Below, one piece after another: positions 1 to 9,780 of a stretch of DNA of 64,000 bases (the first letter of the stretch is position 1; each line of letters begins with the position of its first letter). The DNA is from an uncultured Pseudomonadota bacterium (GTDB taxonomy: Bacteria > Pseudomonadota > Alphaproteobacteria > Rhizobiales > Xanthobacteraceae). The stretch is taken from assembly GCA_963720835.1 (NCBI GenBank), contig CAVRHC010000007.1, positions 109,177 through 173,176 of the forward strand. The letters run 5' to 3'. The notes beneath the pieces were generated by a model. That model saw nothing but the letters and a program-made list of their open reading frames with translations. It was not told where the DNA came from and searched no databases. The position numbers and the translations under genes are program-made.

Positions 1-521
1 GCATCGAGGCGCTGAAGGCGCTGCTCGCGCCGCGCATGGCGAGCGAGTTGCCGAAAGGCGAGGGCACAGACTACACGATCTATCCCGAGCCGCTCGACGA
101 ACCCTACAAGGCGCGGCGGTTCGAGGTCGGCGAGCTGCTCTACAAGAGCATCGCCATTCCGCGCGAGGACAGACCGGCGCGTTACACGCAATATGCGCGC
201 AATTACCGGTTCTTCGACGCGCCGGTGGCGCTGTTCTTCGCGCGCGAAAAGGCGCATGGGCCCGCGCAATGGGCCGACATCGGCGGCTATCTGCAAACCG
301 TCTGCCTGCTCGCGCGGGGGCACGGTCTGCACACCTGCCCGCAGCAGGCCTGGGTTTCCTTCCACAAGACTGTCCGGTCGTTCCTCGATCTCCCTGACAA
401 CCTGATGATCTATTCCGGTATGGCGCTCGGCCATGCCGACAAGTCTGCGCCGATCAATCAATGGCGCGCGCCGCGCGAGGCGGTGGATGCGTTCGCGACG
501 TTCGAGGGATTCGAAAGCTGA
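1..521 (+). CDS. nitroreductase family protein, 5' end cut by window edge
   Basis: The reading frame is open from the window start to the stop at 519-521. The translated C-terminal part (FFDAPVALFF...HTCPQQAW...GMALGHAD) looks like the NAD(P)H-flavin nitroreductase fold. The listed ATG at 36 is probably internal. Confidence 0.7.
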   Translation, partial: IEALKALLAPRMASELPKGEGTDYTIYPEPLDEPYKARRFEVGELLYKSIAIPREDRPARYTQYARNYRFFDAPVALFFAREKAHGPAQWADIGGYLQTVCLLARGHGLHTCPQQAWVSFHKTVRSFLDLPDNLMIYSGMALGHADKSAPINQWRAPREAVDAFATFEGFES

Positions 522-533
522 GCCGATGTCTCG

Positions 534-2006
534 CTATCTGGTGCCGAAGTTGTAGTTCACGCCGACGCGCATGATGTGATCGTGAAACTCGCTCGACAGA
601 ATGAACGGAACTGACCCGGTCGGGTAGGTGACGGGATCGCTGAAAGTGCCCAAGTCGACGTAGAGATATTCGGCTTTCGCGCTCCAGCCATTGCCGAGTT
701 GCGTTTCGATGCCGCCGCCGGCTGTCCAACCTGACCTGGTATACGCGAACGCCGCCTTGTAGATGCCGCCGGCATTGAGGTCGGTCGTGAGGGTCTCGGT
801 GATACGTCCGATGGCCCAGCCGCCGGTGCCGTAGAAAAGCGTCGCTCCATTGGTCCAGCCCAGGCGGCCGCGCACGGTGCCAAACCAGGACAGCGTCTGG
901 TCGACCTGGGTTAAAAACGCGCTTGGGGCGGGTGGGGGAATGCACCCTGTCACGCAGTTCGCGCGCGCCGACTGACCGCTGCCTTGGATGTCGGCCTCGA
1001 TGCCGGCAACCCACATGGGTGCAAATTGCCAATTGAATCCGATCTGGCCGCCGGCAATGGCGCCGCGCGGCACCAGATCGAAGGTGTCGTAAACGATGAG
1101 CGGCTTTTGCGCGACGAACCCGCTTGCATTGGCGGCAATGCCGTAGCCGGCATTGCCGCCAACGTAAAGGCCTGACCAATTCGCTGATGGTGCCGGCGCA
1201 GCCATCGGATAGTCCGCCCCTGGCGCACCGAAACTGTAGTTCAGTCCGGCTCTGACGACGTGGTTATGGATATCGCTCGACGTGACGAATGTCGCATTGA
1301 AGTTTGATGCGAGAAATTGCGCGTTGATGGTGCCGAGATCGACGTAAAGATATTCGACCTTCGCGGTCCAGTTGCCGAAGACCTGGGACTCGACGCCGCC
1401 GCCGAGTGTCCAGCCCGATTTGTCTTCCCGGTAGTTGACCGTAAGAATTGTGTTGCCGGCGATCTGGGTTGTGCTGATGTCGGTCTCGATACGGCCATAG
1501 GCCCAGCCGGCGGTGACGTAAAACAACGTCGGTCCGTTGGTGACACCGACGCGTCCGCGGACCGTGCCGAACCAGGGCAGTCTTTGCATGTACTGCGAAA
1601 TAGCGGGACTCGGTCCTGATACTCTGCACCGCGAGACGCAGGTCGCCGAGTCGGTTTGTCCGCTGGCCTGGAAGTCGGCCTCAATGCCCAGCACGAAATT
1701 GAGTGCCGGTTGCCAATTGTAGCCAATCTGTCCGCCGCCAATGACTCCATCCGGGCCGATGTCGAATGCTTCGATGCCGCCGTTGAGTGCGCCGCCGACA
1801 TAGCGACCATGGCTGGTGCGATCGAGCGACACGCCGTAGCCGACATTGGCGCCGATATAGGGCCCGGTCCACGAATAGGTTTCCGGTGCGACTGGTGCCA
1901 TCGATTTGCCGGGCCGCTCGCGCTCTATACCCGAAGCCGGCGATGCAACGGCGATGCCGGTCGCGATGGCGACGCCACCGGCGCATATAAAGAGTAAATG
2001 ACGCAC
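534..2006 (-). CDS. outer-membrane beta-barrel protein (OmpA-like/porin-family OMP_b-brl), tandem-duplicated domain
   Basis: 490 aa with an N-terminal signal peptide (MRHLLFICAGGVAIATGIAVA). It has two homologous halves, each with G-x-Y-x-G-x-N-x-GY, IEADxQ, WFGTVRGR, AKxEYLYVDLG and a terminal H-x-x-R-x-G-x-NY-x-FG motif. Confidence 0.8.
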   Translation of the reverse strand: MRHLLFICAGGVAIATGIAVASPASGIERERPGKSMAPVAPETYSWTGPYIGANVGYGVSLDRTSHGRYVGGALNGGIEAFDIGPDGVIGGGQIGYNWQPALNFVLGIEADFQASGQTDSATCVSRCRVSGPSPAISQYMQRLPWFGTVRGRVGVTNGPTLFYVTAGWAYGRIETDISTTQIAGNTILTVNYREDKSGWTLGGGVESQVFGNWTAKVEYLYVDLGTINAQFLASNFNATFVTSSDIHNHVVRAGLNYSFGAPGADYPMAAPAPSANWSGLYVGGNAGYGIAANASGFVAQKPLIVYDTFDLVPRGAIAGGQIGFNWQFAPMWVAGIEADIQGSGQSARANCVTGCIPPPAPSAFLTQVDQTLSWFGTVRGRLGWTNGATLFYGTGGWAIGRITETLTTDLNAGGIYKAAFAYTRSGWTAGGGIETQLGNGWSAKAEYLYVDLGTFSDPVTYPTGSVPFILSSEFHDHIMRVGVNYNFGTR

Positions 2007-2182
2007 GATATCGCCCCCGAAACCTTTTTGGTATTGCCCAAATCCTTGAGCGATTTTGCGGGCTTCGGGTCAAATCGGGTTGTCCGTTTTGGCACCCGAA
2101 TTGACTTCTCAAGCAGGCATCCTCTGTTTGTCGCGGACTGTGATCCTCCCGCAACGATGTAGACGCTTGGCAGGCGCCCGAA

Positions 2183-3271
2183 TTGCTTTGCCAGGCATTC
2201 AGCGGCTATTCTCTGCTGCGGCGGGGGGCTGCTTTGATGGTCGACGACGGATCGGCCGGTGACGGCGCGACGCGTGCGCCACTCAGAATTGTTTTTTCAT
2301 CGGACGAGTTGCCCGACGGTTTGAACAACCGGGCGCGGCTGTCGCTTTGGCGCGATCTTTACGCCGAACGCTTTGGCGCCTGCGATGCCTATTGCGATCC
2401 GGAGCGGCCATTTATGGCGCGGTCGGAAATTGCGCTGTTCGGCGACGTCGGCTTCGCCCAATTCGAGGGCACGATCGACCGCTTCGTGCGGACGCAACAG
2501 CAAGTCGCGTCCGATCCGGCCGGCGATATGTTTTTTCTCGGCTTCAACCGCGGCCGTTCCGGCGCGCTAATCGCGCATCGCAGCCGGGAGGTCATGTTCG
2601 CGCCGCGCGGCGCGGTATTCATGAACGGCTCCGAGCCGACCGATACGACTGGACCGGCTTTGGATCCATGGGCATGGCTCAGCGTCAGCTTGCCGCGCGC
2701 GCAGTTGCTCAACGTCGTGCCCAACGCAGAAGATCTGGTGATGTCGAAATTCGACATCGACGCTCCTGCGATGCGGCATCTGCGCCGCTATCTTGACATC
2801 TTGCAAGAGCTCGACGCCGCTGCCAGCGGTTCGCTGCTGGGCGAACGGATTGGCACAATCATTTTCGATCTTGTTGCCCTTGCCTTGGGTGCCAACGGTG
2901 ATTCGGCAGAGATCGCGCGCATGCGCGGACTGCGCGCAGCGCGGACGCGGGAAATTCTCGTAGAGATCGATCGGTATTTTACAAGTGCCGACTTCACCTC
3001 GGGAAAAATTGCGCAAAAGCTCGGGCTATCGCGACGCTACGTAAACGACCTCCTGGCCGAAACGGGCGTGAATTTTACCGAGCGTGTGATCGAATTACGG
3101 TTGCAAAAAACGCTGTCGATGCTGGCGGACCCGCGCTACGACCGCCTCCGCGTGAGCGAAATCGCCGAAGCCGCCGGTTTCAACGAGGTCTCTTATTTCA
3201 ACCGCTGCTTCCGCCGTCGGTTCGGTGCCTCGCCGATGCAATTCCGCGGCCGCGGCGGTAATGGCGGATAG
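2183..3271 (+). CDS. AraC family transcriptional regulator
   Basis: C-terminal dual HTH typical of AraC/XylS (IAQKLGLSRRYVNDLL ... SEIAEAAGFNEVSYFNRCFRRRFGASPMQFR). The start is uncertain; an internal ATG near 2237 is possible. Confidence 0.85.
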   Translation: MLCQAFSGYSLLRRGAALMVDDGSAGDGATRAPLRIVFSSDELPDGLNNRARLSLWRDLYAERFGACDAYCDPERPFMARSEIALFGDVGFAQFEGTIDRFVRTQQQVASDPAGDMFFLGFNRGRSGALIAHRSREVMFAPRGAVFMNGSEPTDTTGPALDPWAWLSVSLPRAQLLNVVPNAEDLVMSKFDIDAPAMRHLRRYLDILQELDAAASGSLLGERIGTIIFDLVALALGANGDSAEIARMRGLRAARTREILVEIDRYFTSADFTSGKIAQKLGLSRRYVNDLLAETGVNFTERVIELRLQKTLSMLADPRYDRLRVSEIAEAAGFNEVSYFNRCFRRRFGASPMQFRGRGGNGG

Positions 3272-3342
3272 GCTGCGGCGAGCCATGCGCCCGCCTATTC
3301 GCATTCACTTGACGTTCACCGGCACGTCGCTATTCCCCCTCC

Positions 3343-3660
3343 ATGCCGGTGCTTTCCCAACTCACCATCTTCCTGCTGCTCGGCCTTGCCGCCGGTTCGG
3401 CGCAAGCCGCCGATCCCCCGCACCACGCTTGCCTGAGCAAGGCCGAACAGCGCGCGGCGGTCGCCAGCCATCGGGCGGTTTCGCTTGCCCAGGCCGTCAA
3501 GGCGGCCAAGGGACACCATCGCCGCAGCGAGCTGTTGCGGGCGCGACTTTGCCGTCACGGCGAGGGGCTCGCCTACGAGCTCACGCTGCTGGGCCACAAC
3601 GGCAAGGTCAAACGCGTCGCCGTTGACGCCGAAAACGGCAGGCTTATTAGTCTCCGCTAG
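3343..3660 (+). CDS. PepSY domain-containing secreted protein
   Basis: 105 aa with a signal peptide (LLLGLAAGSAQA). The C-terminal pattern (LTLLGHNGKVKRVAVDAENGRLI) is typical of small PepSY proteins found upstream of OmpR/HK pairs. Confidence 0.65.
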   Translation: MPVLSQLTIFLLLGLAAGSAQAADPPHHACLSKAEQRAAVASHRAVSLAQAVKAAKGHHRRSELLRARLCRHGEGLAYELTLLGHNGKVKRVAVDAENGRLISLR

Positions 3661-3689
3661 ACTTCGGTTTCGCCCTTCGATTTGCCGTA

Positions 3690-4433
3690 TTGTCGGAGGA
3701 GGAACCGCCCGCCCCGCAGGCCCGAAATCGTCGGACCAATGGCCGGAGCTTGAGAGACACCGCCTTGCGCCTCCTCGTTGTCGAGGACGACCCCGATCTC
3801 AACCGCCAGCTTGCGTCAGCGCTTGCCGGCGCGGGCTACGTCGTCGACCGCGCCTTCGACGGCGAAGAAGGCCATTACCTCGGCGAGCAGGAACCCTACG
3901 ACGCCGTCATTCTCGACATCGGTCTGCCGAAGATGGACGGCATCGCCGTGCTGGAGGCGTGGCGACGCGCCGGCCGCGCCATGCCGGTATTGATGCTGAC
4001 GGCGCGCGACCGCTGGAGCGACAAGGTGCAGGGCTTCGACGCCGGCGCCGACGACTACGTTGCCAAGCCGTTTCATCTGGAGGAAGTGCTGGCGCGGGTG
4101 CGTGCCTTGCTGCGCCGGTCCGCCGGGCACGCCAAGAGCGAACTTAGCTGCGGTCCGGTGCGGCTCGACACCCGCACCGGTCGCGTCTCGCTCAACGGCA
4201 ATGCGGTGAAGCTCACCAGCCACGAATACCGGCTGCTGGCCTACCTCATGCACCATAGCGGACGCGTGGTCTCGCGCACCGAACTGGTCGAGCACCTCTA
4301 CGACCAGGACTTCGATCGCAACTCCAATACGATCGAAGTGTTCATCGGACGCATCCGCAAGAAGCTCGGTGTCGAGATCATCCAGACCGTGCGCGGGCTC
4401 GGCTATCTGCTGTCGGCGCCCGACCCGCGATAA
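3690..4433 (+). CDS. OmpR-family response regulator (receiver + winged helix)
   Basis: Motifs LLVVEDD, ILDIGLPKMDG, LTARD, DDYVAKPF, then a winged-helix tail (LTSHEYRLLAYLM ... TVRGLGYLL). The true start may be the TTG near 3765 (LRLLVVEDD). Confidence 0.9.
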   Translation: MSEEEPPAPQARNRRTNGRSLRDTALRLLVVEDDPDLNRQLASALAGAGYVVDRAFDGEEGHYLGEQEPYDAVILDIGLPKMDGIAVLEAWRRAGRAMPVLMLTARDRWSDKVQGFDAGADDYVAKPFHLEEVLARVRALLRRSAGHAKSELSCGPVRLDTRTGRVSLNGNAVKLTSHEYRLLAYLMHHSGRVVSRTELVEHLYDQDFDRNSNTIEVFIGRIRKKLGVEIIQTVRGLGYLLSAPDPR

Positions 4434-4434
4434 T

Positions 4435-4483
4435 GGGCATGACCCCGAAAAGTGGAGACCGGTTTTCGGGCCAGATCATGCGC
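4435..4483. repeat. REP-like palindromic intergenic element, copy A
   Basis: gggcatgacc...accggttttcgggccagatcatgcgc. It shares a 32-nt core with only 4 mismatches with copy B at 9253-9301. It contains an internal CCCGAAAA/TTTTCGGG inverted repeat and sits immediately after the response-regulator stop codon. Confidence 0.6.
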
Positions 4484-4500
4484 TCACTTAAAAAACTCTA

Positions 4501-5865
4501 ATGCGCGCCAATTCGCTCGCGCTGCGCCTGTTTCTTTCCGCCACCGCCTGGGCGGTGATCATCCTGCTCATCACCTCTATCGTCCTGTCGTCTCTCTACC
4601 GCCATAGCGTCGAGCGCGCCTTCGATCGTCGCCTCGGCGTTTATCTGCGAACCTTGGTCGCCGATCTCGCCGCGCCCGAGGAGGGCGCGAACGCGAAGTT
4701 TCCGCAATCAATCGGTGAGCCGCTGTTCGAATTGCCGCTGTCGGGCTGGTACTGGCAAGTCACGCGGCTCGACGGCGCAGCGCATGACGTGCGCTCATCG
4801 CGTTCGCTGTGGGATCGCGGGCTGCCGCATCTTGACAGCGTGGCGACGGATGCCGATGGCACGCGCGATGGCTATGTCGACGGCCCCGAGGGACAGCATC
4901 TGCGGCTCGTCGAGCGCACCATCGATCTCGGCGCGGATGGTCATTTCCTCGTTTCGGTGGCCGGCAATTCCGCCGAGATCGCGCAGGAGACGCGCGCCTT
5001 TGACCAGACCTTGGCGATTACGTTTTCGCTGCTGGCCGCGGTCTTGCTGCTGACCACCATGTTCCAGGTGCGTTTCGGGTTGGCGCCGCTCAAGCGCATC
5101 ACCGACAGCCTTGCCGCCATCCGCGCCGGCAAGGCCGAGAAGCTTGCCGGGCGTTTTCCCGACGAAATCGCACCGCTCGCGCGCGAGACTAACGCCTTGA
5201 TCGAAGCCAACAAGGAAGTCGTCGAGCGCGCGCGCACCCATGTCGGCAATCTCGCGCACGCGCTGAAGACGCCGTTGTCGGTCATGGTCAACGAGGCGGC
5301 CGCGCACAAGCGCGATCCATTCGCCGCCAAGGTGCTGGAGCAGGCCGAGATCATGCGCGACCAGATCGGGCGTCATCTCGAGCGCGCGCGTATCGCCGCG
5401 CGGCAGACGGTGGTCGGCTCGGTGAGCGAGGTCGAGCCGGTGGTGAGCGCGCTCGCGCGCACCATGGAGAAGATTCACCGTGACCGCCATATCGCCATCG
5501 CGGTGCGCGCCGACAAGCAGGCGCGCTTTCGCGGCGAGCGGCCTGATCTCGAAGAAATGGTCGGCAACCTGGTGGACAATGCCTGCAAGTGGGCGGTTTC
5601 GCGCGTGTCGATCGAGGTTGCGCGCGAGCACCGCCCCGAGTCCGACATCGTGCGCATCGTCGTCGACGATGACGGCCGCGGCTTGTCGGCGGCCGAGCGC
5701 GAGCAGGCGGGCAAGCGCGGCGGGCGGCTCGACGAAAGCAAGCCGGGTTCGGGTCTCGGCCTGTCCATCGTGCTTGAGCTTGCCCGTCTTTATGATGGCG
5801 AGCTCAATCTCGGCAGCGCGCCGATCGGCGGTTTGCGCGCCGAACTGGTGCTGCCGGCGGCATAA
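4501..5865 (+). CDS. sensor histidine kinase (two TM segments, HAMP, HisKA, HATPase_c)
   Basis: H-box VGNLAHALKTPLS, N-box NLVDNACKWA, G-boxes DDDGRG and GSGLGLSIV. It lies directly downstream of the response regulator. Confidence 0.9.
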   Translation: MRANSLALRLFLSATAWAVIILLITSIVLSSLYRHSVERAFDRRLGVYLRTLVADLAAPEEGANAKFPQSIGEPLFELPLSGWYWQVTRLDGAAHDVRSSRSLWDRGLPHLDSVATDADGTRDGYVDGPEGQHLRLVERTIDLGADGHFLVSVAGNSAEIAQETRAFDQTLAITFSLLAAVLLLTTMFQVRFGLAPLKRITDSLAAIRAGKAEKLAGRFPDEIAPLARETNALIEANKEVVERARTHVGNLAHALKTPLSVMVNEAAAHKRDPFAAKVLEQAEIMRDQIGRHLERARIAARQTVVGSVSEVEPVVSALARTMEKIHRDRHIAIAVRADKQARFRGERPDLEEMVGNLVDNACKWAVSRVSIEVAREHRPESDIVRIVVDDDGRGLSAAEREQAGKRGGRLDESKPGSGLGLSIVLELARLYDGELNLGSAPIGGLRAELVLPAA

Positions 5866-5964
5866 GAAAAGTCAGAGTGGCCGCGTGCGCCGGACTTTTG
5901 CCCCATTCCTCCCTTTTCGATAGGCGGATTGTCTTTCTTCATTTGTCGAATCCCCGGGGGACGC

Positions 5965-6450
5965 ATGTCCGTAGTTAAAGTCGCCGCCGTCACCGCATTC
6001 GCATTGGCGCTTGCCGCTTGCGCCGGCGATCCGGAAAGCGGACGCGGTCCGCATGAAAACACCGGCACGCTGGTCGGCGGCATCGCAGGCGCGGCCATCG
6101 GCTCGCAGTTCGGCGGTGGCGTCGGCGGCCATATCGCGGGAGCGGCAGTCGGCGCCGGCCTCGGTGCACTGATTGGTAATCGCATCGGCGCGTCGATGGA
6201 CGACGATGACCGCCGGCGCGCCTACGACGCTCAGATCAGCGCGCTCGATGACGGCTCGCCCGGCGCGCCGGTGTCCTGGAACAATCCCGATTCCGGCCGG
6301 CATGGCACGGTGGTGCCGGGGCCCTATTACGAGGCGCAAGGCAAGCGCTGCCGCTCCTACACACATACCATTTATATTGAAGGCCGCCCCGAAACGGCCC
6401 GCGGCACCGCCTGCCGCAACCCGGATGGGACCTGGAGTCCCTTGAGCTAG
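5965..6450 (+). CDS. surface-antigen-type lipoprotein with glycine-zipper domain
   Basis: Lipobox LALAAC after a signal peptide, a glycine zipper (GGIAGAAIGSQFGGGVGGHIAGAAVGAGLGALIG) and a Cys-containing C-terminal domain (RCRSYTH...GTACRNPDGTW). The start is taken at ATG 5965, preceded by GGGGGA. Confidence 0.7.
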   Translation: MSVVKVAAVTAFALALAACAGDPESGRGPHENTGTLVGGIAGAAIGSQFGGGVGGHIAGAAVGAGLGALIGNRIGASMDDDDRRRAYDAQISALDDGSPGAPVSWNNPDSGRHGTVVPGPYYEAQGKRCRSYTHTIYIEGRPETARGTACRNPDGTWSPLS

Positions 6451-6551
6451 CTGGTTTTACCGCCGGGCGGACGGCTGTCCTTTATGCTTAATGCATTGTT
6501 AACGCCCGCGGCGCTATCAAACCGTGTGAAGAAGACGCGGAAAACGCGGAG

Positions 6552-7962
6552 ATGGCGGGCGCCGAGACTATCGAACGGCTGCGGCAATACCTGAGCGAGC
6601 TCTCGCCGCGGGCGCGCGCCCTGCTGATCGGCGAGTTCGAACGCAATCTCCTGGGCGGCGATGAAGCCGCCGGCATTGATCTCGTTCTCAGCCAGCTGCG
6701 CGGCATTGCGCGCGAGCAACGCGACGGCTCTCCGCGCATCGGCCATTGCGCGCGGCTGTTCTTCAAACCGCTCGAGCCATTCATGGTCGACGACCAGGCT
6801 GAGCACAATCATCCCGGCCGGATCGCGCGCGCCTCGCTGGAGACGCTGTGGACCTGGATCAGGCGTGATTTGTTGCCCGACGAGACCAAGACATTGGCCG
6901 ATGAAGTGACCGACGCGCTTCTCAAAGGCGATACAGATTTGGCCGAGCGTCTCACCCGCAAATTTCAGGACAAGGCGGCTGTCGCGATGCAAGCCGGCTT
7001 TGAGGCTGCGGCGGAGGACGAAAGAAGCCGCCGCCGCATGCTGGCGCAGATCGGTACGGCGCGCCCCGCCGAAGATGCCATGACGTTGAAATGCGTGATG
7101 GCCGGCCGCGATCAACTCGCAGGCTTGGCAAGCAAACTGCCATTGCGCATCGTCGATCTCAGCAACGGGCAGCTCGACGAGTGCAAGAAACTGATCGAGG
7201 ATCTCTCCGCCGATAACGGTGAGCTATTCCTTTATGCGTTGCTGACGGTGATGAGCCGCCTGGCTTCGCCTTGGCAGATCGTACGCTTCGGCATCACGGG
7301 CGGCGGCGAGCGACGTCGCCGCGCGCGTCGCCGAAACCCACTACGGCGTGGCGATCACCATCGTGCTGGCCGAACTTGACCGGCTGATCGGCGAATTGCG
7401 CAACGATCTGCGCAGCGGGCGCGGCGTGGCGGTGGGGGCGCTGCTCAAAATCATTCACGATATCGCGCGCGGTTTGCGCACCGAGCTCGATTTGCCGATC
7501 GACAGCACGTGGGGCCGTGCGCTGGCCGCTTCACGCGCGCAAACCGCCGAACTTCTGCGCGCCGAAATCGAATCGGCGCCCGGCCGGGTGCGGCGCCTGC
7601 TGCGGCCGCGGCCGTCCCACGAAATTCGCGCGAATTCCGCGCTCGATCCCGACGACGTCGCGGAGACCGAGGCCCTGCTCGATTTCGTCGGCAATTGCCG
7701 TTATTTTGCCGGTGAGCTTGCGCTTAACGAAATAACGCAGCGGACCTTCACGGTGATCCAGCAATATCTCGACAGCGCGACGCGCGCACTGCTCGACGGG
7801 CTGCGCCACGCCGGCGAAGGCGACCGCAGCTTCCGCCAGAGCCAGGTGGACGCTTCGGTGCGTTTTAGCGCCAAAGTGTTCGGGCAGGATTACGCGGGCT
7901 TGCTCGCCAAGGCGCGCGACGTGGCCGGCGCCGCCGACCGCCGTTCCCGGCAAGCCGTTTAG
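6552..7962 (+). pseudogene. conserved hypothetical protein, apparently split by a 1-nt frameshift near 7295-7310
   Basis: ORF 6552-7379 ends in an Arg-rich out-of-frame-looking tail (GGGERRRRARRRNPLRRGDHH). The +1 frame upstream of ORF 7348-7962 reads sensibly (AAASDVAARVAETHYGVAITIVLAEL) starting from about 7300. Confidence 0.5.
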
Positions 7963-8094
7963 ACCCCGCGAAACGCCGATTTCGCCGTTTCCGCATGCCG
8001 GTGGCGTGATATTGCGCATTGCCGCCACGATTGGGCCTGATGTATGCCCCCTGTCGCGCCTGTTGGGGCGCCGTTGGCCCGGTAGAATGGCTCC

Positions 8095-9252
8095 ATGACC
8101 CTGTGGCTGGTATTTGCGCTGATGACGGCGGCGGCGATTTTCGCCGTGCTCTGGCCGCTTGGCCGCCGCTCAGATGGGCGCGGCGGCAGCGATGTCGTCG
8201 TCTACCGCGACCAGCTCGACGAGATTCAGCGCGACCGCAATTCTGGGCTGATCGGAGAAACGGAGGCGGACGCGGCACGGGTCGAAGTCTCGCGCCGGCT
8301 GATTGCCGCCGCGGATGCGGCCGACACGGAGAAGCCGTCGAGCGTCGGCTCGCCGCTGTGGCGACGGCGACTGACCGCCGTTGCCGGTTTGGTGCTGGTG
8401 CCGATCGGCGCGGCTGCGCTTTATCTCATGGTCGGCTCGCCGCAATTGCCTGGCGAGCCGCTGCAAGCGCGCATGCGTGCTATCCATAACGACAAATCGA
8501 TCTCCAGCTTGGTGGTGCAAGTCGAGCAGCATCTCGCGCGCAACCCGAACGACGTGCGCGGCTATGCCGTGCTGGCGCCGGTTTATCTTCAGCTCGGGCG
8601 CTTTGCCGATGCGGTACGAGCGCGGCGCAAGGTGCTCGCACTCGCCGGCGAAAACGCCGAGCGACAGGCCGATCTCGGCGAAGCAATCGTCGCGGAAGCA
8701 AACGGCATCGTCACCGCCGACGCCAAGAGCGCTTTCACGCGCGCGCTCGCGCTCGACGCCAACGAGATGAAGGCAAAGTTCTTCGTCGGTCTCGCCGCCG
8801 AACAGGATGGCGACCGCCGCAGGGCGGCAGAGGTCTGGCGCAGCATGCTGAAAGGCGCGCCCGCCGACGCGCCGTGGGTTGCGACCGTGCGCGAAGCATT
8901 GTCACGCATCGGCGCCGAGGTGCCGGCGGTTGCCGCAGCACCGTCGACGTCAGTGCCGCCGATCGCTGGCAATGCCGGACCGAGCGCCGCCGATGTCAAC
9001 GCGGCGGCGCAGATGAGCGAGCAGGACCGCAACACCATGATCCGCAGCATGGTGGCGCGGCTCGCCGACCGGCTGAAACAAAACGGCGACGATATCGATG
9101 GTTGGCAGCGCCTGCTGCGCGCCTATATGGTGCTCAACGAGCGCGACAAGGCGCATGCGGCGGCCGGCGATGCGCGCAAGGCGCTGGCCAACGATCCGGG
9201 CAAGCTGCGCCGGATCGAGGACACCATCAAAAGCCTGGGGCTCGAGAGTTAA
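8095..9252 (+). CDS. ccmI: cytochrome c-type biogenesis protein CcmI (CycH)
   Basis: N-terminal MTLWLVFALMTAAAIFAVLWPL membrane anchor, a second TM segment and a TPR-like periplasmic domain. It lies upstream of ccmE-ccmF-ccmH. Confidence 0.85.
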   Translation: MTLWLVFALMTAAAIFAVLWPLGRRSDGRGGSDVVVYRDQLDEIQRDRNSGLIGETEADAARVEVSRRLIAAADAADTEKPSSVGSPLWRRRLTAVAGLVLVPIGAAALYLMVGSPQLPGEPLQARMRAIHNDKSISSLVVQVEQHLARNPNDVRGYAVLAPVYLQLGRFADAVRARRKVLALAGENAERQADLGEAIVAEANGIVTADAKSAFTRALALDANEMKAKFFVGLAAEQDGDRRRAAEVWRSMLKGAPADAPWVATVREALSRIGAEVPAVAAAPSTSVPPIAGNAGPSAADVNAAAQMSEQDRNTMIRSMVARLADRLKQNGDDIDGWQRLLRAYMVLNERDKAHAAAGDARKALANDPGKLRRIEDTIKSLGLES

Positions 9253-9301
9253 GCGCATGATCACGCAATGTGGGCACCGGTTTTCGGACAAGATCATGCG
9301 C
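9253..9301. repeat. REP-like palindromic intergenic element, copy B
   Basis: gcgcatgatc ... accggttttcggacaagatcatgcgc with perfect 10-bp terminal inverted repeats (9253-9262 / 9292-9301). The same core is present at 4435-4483. Confidence 0.6.
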
Positions 9302-9312
9302 AAGGAAGCGGC

Positions 9313-9780
9313 ATGACGCGCAAGCAGCGACGGCTCGTTCTGATCGGCGGCAGCGGCGCCGTGCTGGCGGTCGCGGTTGGGCTGGTGCTCAACGCCATGA
9401 GCGGCTCGATCGTGTTCTTTCAATCCCCCACGGAAGTGGCGGAAAAACACATCGCGCCCGGTACGCGCATCCGCATCGGCGGGCTGGTCAAGCCCGGCAG
9501 CGTCGAGCGCGGCGCCGATCTGCGGATCAAGTTCGAGGTGACCGACGGCAACAAGGACGTCCCGGTCCGCTATCAGGGCATCGTTCCGGACCTGTTTCGC
9601 GAGGGCCAAGGCGTCGTGGCGGAAGGTAAGCTCGAGCCTGAGGGTTACGTTGCGGCCGACACCGTGCTCGCCAAACATGACGAGCGCTACATGCCAAAGG
9701 AAGTGGTCGACGCGCTGAAGAAATCCGGCCGTTGGCAGGAAGGCAGCGTGGATGGCGCCGCCGGGATGGCGAAGAAGTGA
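9313..9780 (+). CDS. ccmE: cytochrome c maturation heme chaperone CcmE (CycJ)
   Basis: MTRKQRRL... TM anchor, RIGGLV, and [10 protein letters not shown] containing the heme-binding His. The start is taken at the internal ATG 9313 of ORF 9268-9780. Confidence 0.95.
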   Translation: MTRKQRRLVLIGGSGAVLAVAVGLVLNAMSGSIVFFQSPTEVAEKHIAPGTRIRIGGLVKPGSVERGADLRIKFEVTDGNKDVPVRYQGIVPDLFREGQGVVAEGKLEPEGYVAADTVLAKHDERYMPKEVVDALKKSGRWQEGSVDGAAGMAKK

